A DNA stretch of 64,000 nt from positions 8,011 through 72,010 of the forward strand of contig JACIWW010000012.1 in assembly GCA_014360905.1 (NCBI GenBank), written 5' to 3'. Numbering within the stretch: the stretch's first letter is position 1; each line of letters opens with the position of its first letter. The position numbers and the translations under genes are program-made. The notes under the pieces were generated by a model, which was given only the letters and a program-made list of their open reading frames with translations, searched no databases and was not told the DNA's origin. This document shows positions 50,084 to 60,000 of the stretch, piece after piece. This DNA comes from Chloroflexota bacterium. Its GTDB lineage: Bacteria; Chloroflexota; Anaerolineae; UBA2200.

Positions 50084-50812
50084 ATGACCAACGATGACCA
50101 TGCACCGGCCCTATTCCAGGGCAAATATCGCGTCCCGTCTGCACGCCTAAAGGGGTGGGATTATACCTCATCCGGCCTGTATTTCGTTACCATCTGTACC
50201 AAGGAGCGCATTCCGTTCCTGGGGGACATCGTGAACGGCGAAATGCACCTTTCCTCCATCGGTGAAATCGTGGCCGAAGAATGGCGGAAAACCGAACAAA
50301 TCCGTCCCAACGTGATCCTGGATGCCTGGGTCATCATGCCCAATCACATGCACGCCATTATCGGCATTACCGCCGTTACGGTAGAGACGCCCCAACGGGA
50401 TTTGGTTTCCGTAGAGACGCCCCAACGGGATCTGGTTTCCGTAGAGACGCCCCAACGGGATCTGGTTTCCGTAGAGACGCCCCAACGGGATCTGGTTTCC
50501 GTAGAGACGCCCCAACGGGATTTGGTTTCCGTAGAGACGCCCCAACGGGGCGTCTCTACGGCGACAACGACGACAACCACGTCTGTGCCACGGTTGCCAC
50601 CCAATTCGCTGGGATCTATCATTGGGCAATTCAAATCGGTATGCACCAAACGCATCTGGGCCATGGGTTGGCACGATTTCGCCTGGCAGGCACGGTTCTA
50701 TGACCACATTATTCGCCATGAGGTCTCCCTGCAGCGCATCCGACAGTACATCGTGGAGAATCCATCCCAATGGGAACAGGACCAAAACAATCCGACAAAT
50801 CTATATATGTAA
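50084..50812 (+). mobile_element. REP-associated tyrosine transposase (RAYT, Y1 HUH)
   Basis: RLKGWDY..GLYFVTICT; IMPNHMHAI HUH motif; SIIGQFKS; WQARFYDHIIR; YIVENP catalytic Tyr; GGAGG RBS. Confidence 0.9.
50381..50559 (+). repeat. Five 30-bp tandem half-REP units plus one full GTAG REP inside the RAYT ORF
   Basis: (GTAGAGACGCCCCAACGGGATYTGGTTTCC)x5, then GTAGAGACGCCCC-AAC-GGGGCGTCTCTAC; encodes (VETPQRDLVS)x5 VETPQRGVST. Confidence 0.95.
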
Positions 50813-50898
50813 AATGGCGCTTGTGTTCCTGCGCCCTGCACAGCCATTGGATGAGGGAAAGGCACACGGCCTAATTATGAGAGAGTGGGAGTTGATGT

Positions 50899-51882
50899 AT
50901 GCACCATTTCGCGGCTCATCGCCTGCGCTTCGTGGCCGAAGTGCAGACGCCCATTGAATTGAATGAGCACCAGGGCTCGGCCATTCGCGGAGCACTGTTC
51001 AAGGTCCTGCGGCGCAATTTTTGCCTGCAGCAGCACTTGGACTCCTGCCAGCCTTGCCCTCTGCACGCTTCCTGTCCGGTCAGTTTTCTGCTGGCCACCG
51101 TAGAGAATGAAGGATGGCGCGGTGCTGACTTGCCCCGCCCCTACACCATCGAGCCGCCGCTAGGAGCCACGCCATCCTATGCCCCTGGCGAGCGCCTGGA
51201 GTTCGGCCTGACCATGTTCTCACGCGCCCTCAACCTTTTCCCCTACGTGGTGGTTGGCGTCAATGCCCTGCAACGCGAGGGAATCGGGCGCAAGGTCAAA
51301 GCCAATGGCTGGCGTCGCGGCACTTTCCTCCTGCGTGAAATCTGGGCCGAAAACCCGCTCACTGGCTATCGCCAGCCGGTCATGCGTGCGGATGACCCTC
51401 TGGTCAACGTCCCCGACATACCGATCACGCACGAACAGATTATGGACTCATGCGCCGCTCTGGAAGGGAATGGGCCCGGGGGTGAGGTCACCTTGTTCTT
51501 CCTAACTCCCACGCGTCTCATCGAACAGGGGCGCCTTTTGCACACTCCGCTTTTCCGCCCGCTGCTGCAACGCCTGTTCGAACGGCTCTCCGCCCTCGCC
51601 CGGGCGTACTCGGATACGCCGCTGGAATTGGACTTTCGCGCCTTGCTGCAAGAGGCAGAGCAGATACGCTTGGCAGCAGATCACACCTACTGGGTGGAAT
51701 GGGATAGTTACTCCACACGCCGCCAAACCCGCACGCCCATGAGCGGCTTCATGGGACGGGTTACCTATGCCGGACCTATTGAGCCATTCCTGCCCTGGTT
51801 GCTGTGGGGACAGTTCACTCACGTGGGCAAGGACGCGGTCAAAGGCAACGGCTGGTACCAACTGCTGGAGAAAGCGCTGTGA
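50899..51882 (+). CDS. cas6: Cas6 endoribonuclease
   Basis: GSAIRGAL, C..C....SC zinc motif, PRPY, FLTPTRL, SGFMG, HVGK....GNG glycine loop. Confidence 0.88.
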   Translation: MHHFAAHRLRFVAEVQTPIELNEHQGSAIRGALFKVLRRNFCLQQHLDSCQPCPLHASCPVSFLLATVENEGWRGADLPRPYTIEPPLGATPSYAPGERLEFGLTMFSRALNLFPYVVVGVNALQREGIGRKVKANGWRRGTFLLREIWAENPLTGYRQPVMRADDPLVNVPDIPITHEQIMDSCAALEGNGPGGEVTLFFLTPTRLIEQGRLLHTPLFRPLLQRLFERLSALARAYSDTPLELDFRALLQEAEQIRLAADHTYWVEWDSYSTRRQTRTPMSGFMGRVTYAGPIEPFLPWLLWGQFTHVGKDAVKGNGWYQLLEKAL

Positions 51883-51904
51883 ACAGTCCAAAAGGAGCAC
51901 CGCA

Positions 51905-52927
51905 GTGGAGACGCAATACCTTATTGTAGATGAATTCGGCGTCTTTGTAGGCAAACACTCCGAGAGATTGCAGGTACGCAAAGGAGAGGAACTCCTGCAG
52001 GAAGCGCCGCTGTTCAACCTGGAAGGAGTCATTATCACCGGACGTGGTGTGGCTCTCTCTGCTGACGCCGTTACTGCCTGTGCCGATGCCGGCATCCCTG
52101 TGCACTTTGTCCATGTTTCGGGACGCATCAGCGCCAGCATCTTCTCTGCGGGGCTGACCGGCACCATCCAAACGCGTCGCTCACAACTGGAAGCTGCCCA
52201 CAGCCGCCATGGCGTTGCCCTAGCCAAAGCTTTTGCCCTGGGCAAAATATCGAATCAGGCTGTCTTGATCCGCTATCTGGCCAAGTACCGCAAGGGCATC
52301 AAGCCCGACCTGCACCGTGAATTAGAGCAGCGCGCCGCCGAAATCATGGCTTGTGCCGCAGAATTGCGCGCTCTGCCCGGCCGCACCGCCGAAGAAATAC
52401 GGCTCTCACTCCTGTCTATCGAGGGACATGCCGCAGAAAAATACTGGGAGGCCATACGCCTGGTTGTCCGTGTGCCCTCCGATTGGAAAGGGCGCAGCGG
52501 ACGAGGCGCGACCGACCCAGTGAACGCCGCGCTGAACTATGGCTATGGCATCTTATACAGCCAAGTGGAACGGGCCATCGTTCTGGCCGGGCTCGACCCC
52601 TACGCTGGCTTCATCCACGCCGACCGGCCAGGCAAGCCAAGCCTGGTCTTGGACTTGGTGGAAGAATTTCGCGTCCCTGTGGTTGACCGCACGGTCTTTG
52701 CTATGATCAACCGTGGCACTCAGTTGGAATTGGATGCCGACAACCTCCTGGTGCAAAAGACACGCCGCACTATTGCGGAGAATGTCCTGGCACGGCTGGA
52801 CAAAGCGGAGCGCTATGAACGTAAGAAACTGTCCTTGCGCCATATCATCCAATACCAAGCGCGGCATATCGCCACTTTCGTGCGCGGAGAGCGCGCCACG
52901 TACAAACCCTTTGTGGTCAGGTGGTGA
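51905..52927 (+). CDS. cas1: Cas1 integrase
   Basis: GTG after AAGGAG; IEGHAA..YW, DPVNAALNYGYGIL, GLDPYAGFIH, SLVLDLVEEFR. Confidence 0.95.
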   Translation: METQYLIVDEFGVFVGKHSERLQVRKGEELLQEAPLFNLEGVIITGRGVALSADAVTACADAGIPVHFVHVSGRISASIFSAGLTGTIQTRRSQLEAAHSRHGVALAKAFALGKISNQAVLIRYLAKYRKGIKPDLHRELEQRAAEIMACAAELRALPGRTAEEIRLSLLSIEGHAAEKYWEAIRLVVRVPSDWKGRSGRGATDPVNAALNYGYGILYSQVERAIVLAGLDPYAGFIHADRPGKPSLVLDLVEEFRVPVVDRTVFAMINRGTQLELDADNLLVQKTRRTIAENVLARLDKAERYERKKLSLRHIIQYQARHIATFVRGERATYKPFVVRW

Positions 52928-52931
52928 GATC

Positions 52932-53195
52932 ATGCGCTGCGTTGTCGTCTATGACATCCCAGATGATCGCGTTCGCACCCGAGTGGCAGACGTGTGCCTT
53001 GATTATGGCCTGGAACGCATCCAGTTTTCTGCCTTCCAGGGTTCGTTGGAACCATTCTATCAGGAGGAACTATTGCTCAAGGCAAAAAAGAAGGTGGGCA
53101 ACAAGGAAGCCAACATCCAAGTCTTTCCCATTTGCGAAAGGGATTGGGAGAAGAGGCTAGTATGGATTCAGAAGGCAAAACAGGACAAGAAGTAG
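52932..53195 (+). CDS. cas2: Cas2
   Basis: VVYDIPDDRVR...DYGLERIQFSAF. Confidence 0.95.
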   Translation: MRCVVVYDIPDDRVRTRVADVCLDYGLERIQFSAFQGSLEPFYQEELLLKAKKKVGNKEANIQVFPICERDWEKRLVWIQKAKQDKK

Positions 53196-53788
53196 AAGCG
53201 GTCTCTTTTCGCGTCAGCGACCTGAAACAATATTTCTTCTGCCCACGGATCGTCTATTACCACTACTGCCTGCCCGCTGTGCGCCCGGTCATCTTCAAAA
53301 TGCTCGTGGGTCGTGAACAGGGCGAGGAGGAGCACCTACGGGAGGAGCGACGTTCGCTGAAGGCATACGGGCTGCGGCAAGGGGAACGCTTCTTCAACCT
53401 GATGCTCTCCTCTCTACGGCTTGGACTGCATGGGCGGCTTGACTTGGCGATCAAAACAGATGATAATATCAGTAGGACCCTGGAAGCGATCCCGGTGGAC
53501 TATAAACTGACGCCTGGGCGGACGGTGACGCATTTCATCCTCCAGGTGGTGGCCTACGGGATGCTGTTGGAAGAAGCGTGGAACATGCCGGTGCAGCGAG
53601 GATTTCTGTACCTGATTCCGGCACGCAGGGCGCGGGAGGTAGCGCTTACGCCCGAGTTACGTCGGCAAGTGCAGGCAGCGGTGGAGGCGATGCGGTATAT
53701 CGTGACACGCGAAGCGATGCCTGCGCCGCCCCGCCAGCAGGCGAAATGCCGCATTTGTGAGTTTCGGCGCTTTTGCAACGACGTGTGA
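53162..53788 (+). CDS. cas4: Cas4 RecB-family nuclease
   Basis: QYFFCPR, GRLD, PVDYK, QVVAY, KCRICEFRRFC. Confidence 0.93.
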   Translation: MDSEGKTGQEVEAVSFRVSDLKQYFFCPRIVYYHYCLPAVRPVIFKMLVGREQGEEEHLREERRSLKAYGLRQGERFFNLMLSSLRLGLHGRLDLAIKTDDNISRTLEAIPVDYKLTPGRTVTHFILQVVAYGMLLEEAWNMPVQRGFLYLIPARRAREVALTPELRRQVQAAVEAMRYIVTREAMPAPPRQQAKCRICEFRRFCNDV

Positions 53789-54017
53789 TTTTTGGGCTCG
53801 CGACTGTCGCAAATGGAGCCTTTTTTGGCGCAAAAAGCGCTTTGCGCAGCCCGTGCACCTTAACAATTGCATCAGGACAAGCAAAGAGCAGTTATGGCAG
53901 GCAATCAGCTCTCGATCCGGGCATAGGATACGTGGAAATGCGGGGATAAGCGCATCAAACAGGGTTGATGACACGGCGTAGTGCTATCTGGCCTTTTAAA
54001 GCGGGGCGAATGAGTGA
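53789..54017 (+). promoter_or_regulatory. Probable CRISPR leader containing a degenerate repeat copy at ~53901-53938
   Basis: Non-coding region between cas4 and the first repeat; TGCTATCT extended -10-like site near 53982; CTCGATCCG-GGC-ATAGGATAC matches the repeat core. Confidence 0.6.
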
Positions 54018-57000
54018 GTTGCAGACACTCGATCCGAGGATAGGATACTGAAAGATGGGCAACAGTGCTGCAAACCTGGGGCACTGACAGAGTTGCAGAC
54101 ACTCGATCCGAGGATAGGATACTGAAAGACCATTCCGTCCACCAATGCACCTTCCACACAATCAAGTTGCAGACACTCGATCCGAGGATAGGATACTGAA
54201 AGCACCAAAGCCCTAAATGGTCTTTTATCGGCACAGTCGTTGCAGACACTCGATCCGAGGATAGGATACTGAAAGTCGCTGCCCTTGACGCCGCCCGTTG
54301 GTCTGTGCCTTGTTGCAGACACTCGATCCGAGGATAGGATACTGAAAGATACAACCTGGTCTCCACGTGCCGCCGACAAAAACCAGTTGCAGACACTCGA
54401 TCCGAGGATAGGATACTGAAAGAAAAAGTAACCGATTTATTGCGAAACGTTTTAGAGAAGTTGCAGACACTCGATCCGAGGATAGGATACTGAAAGAATG
54501 ATGCTTTTGCTGTTTCGACAACGGATACTAGCAGTTGCAGACACTCGATCCGAGGATAGGATACTGAAAGGTTTTTAACTATTGCTTTACTATAAATGGC
54601 TGAGATTGTTGCAGACACTCGATCCGAGGATAGGATACTGAAAGTTCTTACCCACAGGCGGGGGGCGGCAAGGGATTAGTGTTGCAGACACTCGATCCGA
54701 GGATAGGATACTGAAAGCGTGGCTGAGCCTAATGAGCATGGCGGTAGTGACCAGTTGCAGACACTCGATCCGAGGATAGGATACTGAAAGGCTACTGTGC
54801 CAGAAGCCTACGTTCGGGTCAGGGCCGTTGCAGACACTCGATCCGAGGATAGGATACTGAAAGGTATAAATTGTGCCCCCAGATACGCGCTTTGTATAGT
54901 GGTTGCAGACACTCGATCCGAGGATAGGATACTGAAAGTGTTGCGATGCGCTTGATTCCACAGGGCTGGCAAAAAGTTGCAGACACTCGATCCGAGGATA
55001 GGATACTGAAAGAGTCGCCAATCATGGCGTATACAATACCGCCCGTGTAGGTTGCAGACACTCGATCCGAGGATAGGATACTGAAAGGCTGAAAATTGAA
55101 GGCGACGCCGCCATCATCGTTTCAGTTGCAGACACTCGATCCGAGGATAGGATACTGAAAGCAATGCACAAAACGAAGGCCAATGGCAAAATAAACTAGT
55201 TGCAGACACTCGATCCGAGGATAGGATACTGAAAGTGAGATATCCGCCAAACTACACGCCTTGCATGAGGAAGTTGCAGACACTCGATCCGAGGATAGGA
55301 TACTGAAAGTATGTGGAAACGGCCATTGAGCATGTAGTGCCAGTAGGTTGCAGACACTCGATCCGAGGATAGGATACTGAAAGTTCGCTGAAACGCGAGT
55401 TGTACCCATTTCAGCGTGAGTTGCAGACACTCGATCCGAGGATAGGATACTGAAAGCTCGCCCTGTCCACATATGCGCATTTCTATGTATGCGTTGCAGA
55501 CACTCGATCCGAGGATAGGATACTGAAAGGAGTTGACGTTAGGCGCATGTATCAAATGGGCGTGCTAGTTGCAGACACTCGATCCGAGGATAGGATACTG
55601 AAAGAGGAGCCTCAGTGGTCGCTTCAACACCCCTGCGGTTGCAGACACTCGATCCGAGGATAGGATACTGAAAGATGCCGAACGAGCCCGCGATCTGCAG
55701 GAATGGCACATGTTGCAGACACTCGATCCGAGGATAGGATACTGAAAGTTGTGGCTGAGCCTAATGAGCATGGCGGTAGTGACCAGTTGCAGACACTCGA
55801 TCCGAGGATAGGATACTGAAAGAGTGCAGCGCGATAAGGTAATCGAGTATCTGTCCCCGAGTTGCAGACACTCGATCCGAGGATAGGATACTGAAAGTGC
55901 AAGTTCAAATGGTGCCAGTCAGGGTAAGCGCCGGTTGCAGACACTCGATCCGAGGATAGGATACTGAAAGTCATCAAAGAGATCACAAGCGACGCGGTAT
56001 ACCGCGTTGCAGACACTCGATCCGAGGATAGGATACTGAAAGTCAGCGACTGAATAAGCACGCTCTGTCCTAGGAGTTCGTTGCAGACACTCGATCCGAG
56101 GATAGGATACTGAAAGGTCGGTACTCACCCTGGAGTGGGATGAGGCTATTTATGTTGCAGACACTCGATCCGAGGATAGGATACTGAAAGCTTTTGGAGT
56201 GGTGTACCCAGGGATAGTTATCCGAGAAGTTGCAGACACTCGATCCGAGGATAGGATACTGAAAGAAACGTCCGCCACCAACTTGGCCAACGAATGGAAC
56301 ATGTTGCAGACACTCGATCCGAGGATAGGATACTGAAAGCTTGTCCAGGAATCGTTTTTGTGCAAATTTGCATCGTGTTGCAGACACTCGATCCGAGGAT
56401 AGGATACTGAAAGGTGTGCCGCCCAATAGCGTTCAGCCCACTCTCTCGATAGTTGCAGACACTCGATCCGAGGATAGGATACTGAAAGCAGGTGAAGAAG
56501 AAAAGGGCATTGCCAGGTTAGCAGCAGGTTGCAGACACTCGATCCGAGGATAGGATACTGAAAGCATCTTTCGTCCCTCCTTACCGCAATCCATCCGCTG
56601 GTTGCAGACACTCGATCCGAGGATAGGATACTGAAAGACTACTATGACTACGACGTTGGTGTAAGCGCTATACAGAGTTGCAGACACTCGATCCGAGGAT
56701 AGGATACTGAAAGGCCACGTCGCGGATTACGTTTGGCAAGTCACGCTCCCGGTTGCAGACACTCGATCCGAGGATAGGATACTGAAAGCTCAGCAAGTTC
56801 GGGAGTAAATGCCTCACGGACAGCCAGTTGCAGACACTCGATCCGAGGATAGGATACTGAAAGGCACCCGTTCAATTGTGTCCAGGACTGGTGCGTGGCG
56901 TTGCAGACACTCGATCCGAGGATAGGATACTGAAAGTTATGCGCATATGCAGTAATGCGTGGCAGATTATCCAGTTGCAGACACTCGATCCGAGGATAGG

Positions 57001-60000
57001 ATACTGAAAGAGGTAGGCTTGCAGAGGGCGCAAGTTCCCGCTGTAAAGTTGCAGACACTCGATCCGAGGATAGGATACTGAAAGGCGTTTGTAAACGATC
57101 TCATGATAACTCCACCCAAACAGTTGCAGACACTCGATCCGAGGATAGGATACTGAAAGAATAAATTTGACAAATGGCGTCTACGACCTCGATAGGTTGC
57201 AGACACTCGATCCGAGGATAGGATACTGAAAGGTCGCTGACACTTCAGAGGGTTTCTGGCGCAGGATACGTGTTGCAGACACTCGATCCGAGGATAGGAT
57301 ACTGAAAGTCCAAGTTCAGACAAAACATTCACATCCCACTCTGCCAGGTTGCAGACACTCGATCCGAGGATAGGATACTGAAAGCATGAGCGCAAAAACG
57401 TTCCAGTGATAGCCATCACGAGTTGCAGACACTCGATCCGAGGATAGGATACTGAAAGCAAATGGCATCAGCCGCTGTACATCAACTGGCAAATTGTTGC
57501 AGACACTCGATCCGAGGATAGGATACTGAAAGCAAATAACAATGTAAACCCAGGGCGTTTGTTGGCTCAGTTGCAGACACTCGATCCGAGGATAGGATAC
57601 TGAAAGATTGTGGCTGAGCCTAACGAGCACGGCGGTAGTGACCAGTTGCAGACACTCGATCCGAGGATAGGATACTGAAAGTGCAGCAATAACAACTGCA
57701 ACGCCATATCCTACTTAGTTGCAGACACTCGATCCGAGGATAGGATACTGAAAGTGAGGGTAAGCGAGGGACACACGAAAAGCCATTGGATGTTGCAGAC
57801 ACTCGATCCGAGGATAGGATACTGAAAGCCGAAGGATGCGCAATGGCTACAGTTACGTCAACTAAGTTGCAGACACTCGATCCGAGGATAGGATACTGAA
57901 AGGCCTTGCGGGTCGGCTATGTCTTGTCTGCATCGCAGGTTGCAGACACTCGATCCGAGGATAGGATACTGAAAGTGATTGGTATGATGAGCTTGAGAAG
58001 CGGGCGCTTATAGGTTGCAGACACTCGATCCGAGGATAGGATACTGAAAGTGAGACGCTGGACAGCCCTGCCTGCGTCCGTTATATGTTGCAGACACTCG
58101 ATCCGAGGATAGGATACTGAAAGGTAATTTCCACGGGCCCTCGGCGCAAGCAATGAAAAGTTGCAGACACTCGATCCGAGGATAGGATACTGAAAGGTTT
58201 ATGCCCTGGCGGTTTTGTTCCGCCTTGAGTAGCGTTGCAGACACTCGATCCGAGGATAGGATACTGAAAGCGTGACGCACTTCAGATCCTGGGTCAAGTT
58301 CTGCCAGTGTTGCAGACACTCGATCCGAGGATAGGATACTGAAAGAGCAATTGTAAAAGCCGGATTTCATCACGCAGTGAGCGTTGCAGACACTCGATCC
58401 GAGGATAGGATACTGAAAGTGAATCGTACCGATCGTCCGCCAACCCAGATATATGTTGCAGACACTCGATCCGAGGATAGGATACTGAAAGGCGGCTACT
58501 GGTGCAAAGAATGCACAGCGTGCAAATGGGTTGCAGACACTCGATCCGAGGATAGGATACTGAAAGTTTCACGCTTGAAGCTGCGAATGCTCTGTATCTT
58601 GAGTTGCAGACACTCGATCCGAGGATAGGATACTGAAAGTTCCTTTTCCATCTTTAGCACTCTCCTTCAAGATTTGTTGCAGACACTCGATCCGAGGATA
58701 GGATACTGAAAGAAACACTTGCCGCATATGGGCCGCCATCACCAGTTCCGTTGCAGACACTCGATCCGAGGATAGGATACTGAAAGTTCGTCGGCGCCAA
58801 ACTTGTCGCACAAACTCTGCAGCAGTTGCAGACACTCGATCCGAGGATAGGATACTGAAAGTGCGTCTCGATTTGTGTGTCACGGGTCACTCATGTTTAG
58901 TTGCAGACACTCGATCCGAGGATAGGATACTGAAAGACTGGATTGGCATGGGCGACTATGCAGAATTGATTAGGTTGCAGACACTCGATCCGAGGATAGG
59001 ATACTGAAAGATTGATGCTGACCTAATCCACTTGCCAGCCCACAGCAGGTTGCAGACACTCGATCCGAGGATAGGATACTGAAAGTCGTTTCATCAATTT
59101 CTTGTTTCGTCAGGCCAAGATTGGTTGCAGACACTCGATCCGAGGATAGGATACTGAAAGCAAACTAAATATTTAGCATCGCGGTCATCAGTCCAGGTTG
59201 CAGACACTCGATCCGAGGATAGGATACTGAAAGTGCGTGACTTGATGCGGCGTAAAACGCACTGCGATACGTTGCAGACACTCGATCCGAGGATAGGATA
59301 CTGAAAGTGATAGCAGCAATAATTTTCAGGTTTTCCTTAGTCCAAGTTGCAGACACTCGATCCGAGGATAGGATACTGAAAGACTGCTTGAGGAGTTTTT
59401 CGTCTGCTAATGCGTTGCGTTGCAGACACTCGATCCGAGGATAGGATACTGAAAGGCCACAGCCAAAACAATGCGCGTGGCCATCAGGATAAGTTGCAGA
59501 CACTCGATCCGAGGATAGGATACTGAAAGCGACGAGGAGGCCGCGGCACAACTGCGCCAGGATTGGTTGCAGACACTCGATCCGAGGATAGGATACTGAA
59601 AGACCGATTAAGGGACCACCCCCGACCGCATCATCAATGGTTGCAGACACTCGATCCGAGGATAGGATACTGAAAGCATGGTTGCCGCGCAGTAGTGCCA
59701 AACACTTTGGCGGTTGCAGACACTCGATCCGAGGATAGGATACTGAAAGTCAATTTGCGTTAACGAGGGTGCTCCCCCTCCCTCGGTGTTGCAGACACTC
59801 GATCCGAGGATAGGATACTGAAAGCGTTCTCGCAAAAACCGGTTTCGTGTTGTCGGGCCGTGAGTTGCAGACACTCGATCCGAGGATAGGATACTGAAAG
59901 CAAATGCTGGCATAATGGCTGCCACATGGGCGCCGACCAGTTGCAGACACTCGATCCGAGGATAGGATACTGAAAGCAGGTCTTCAAGTTCTCCTCCTGG

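Noticed and set aside
50381..50559. 30-bp tandem repeat as a mini CRISPR array
   Set aside because: No unique spacers, unrelated to the CRISPR repeat, and in frame within the RAYT ORF.
50842..50853. 11-12 nt match AGCCATTGGAT between a spacer (~57781) and the cas6 upstream region
   Set aside because: Matches this short are expected by chance among 134 spacers and 64 kb.
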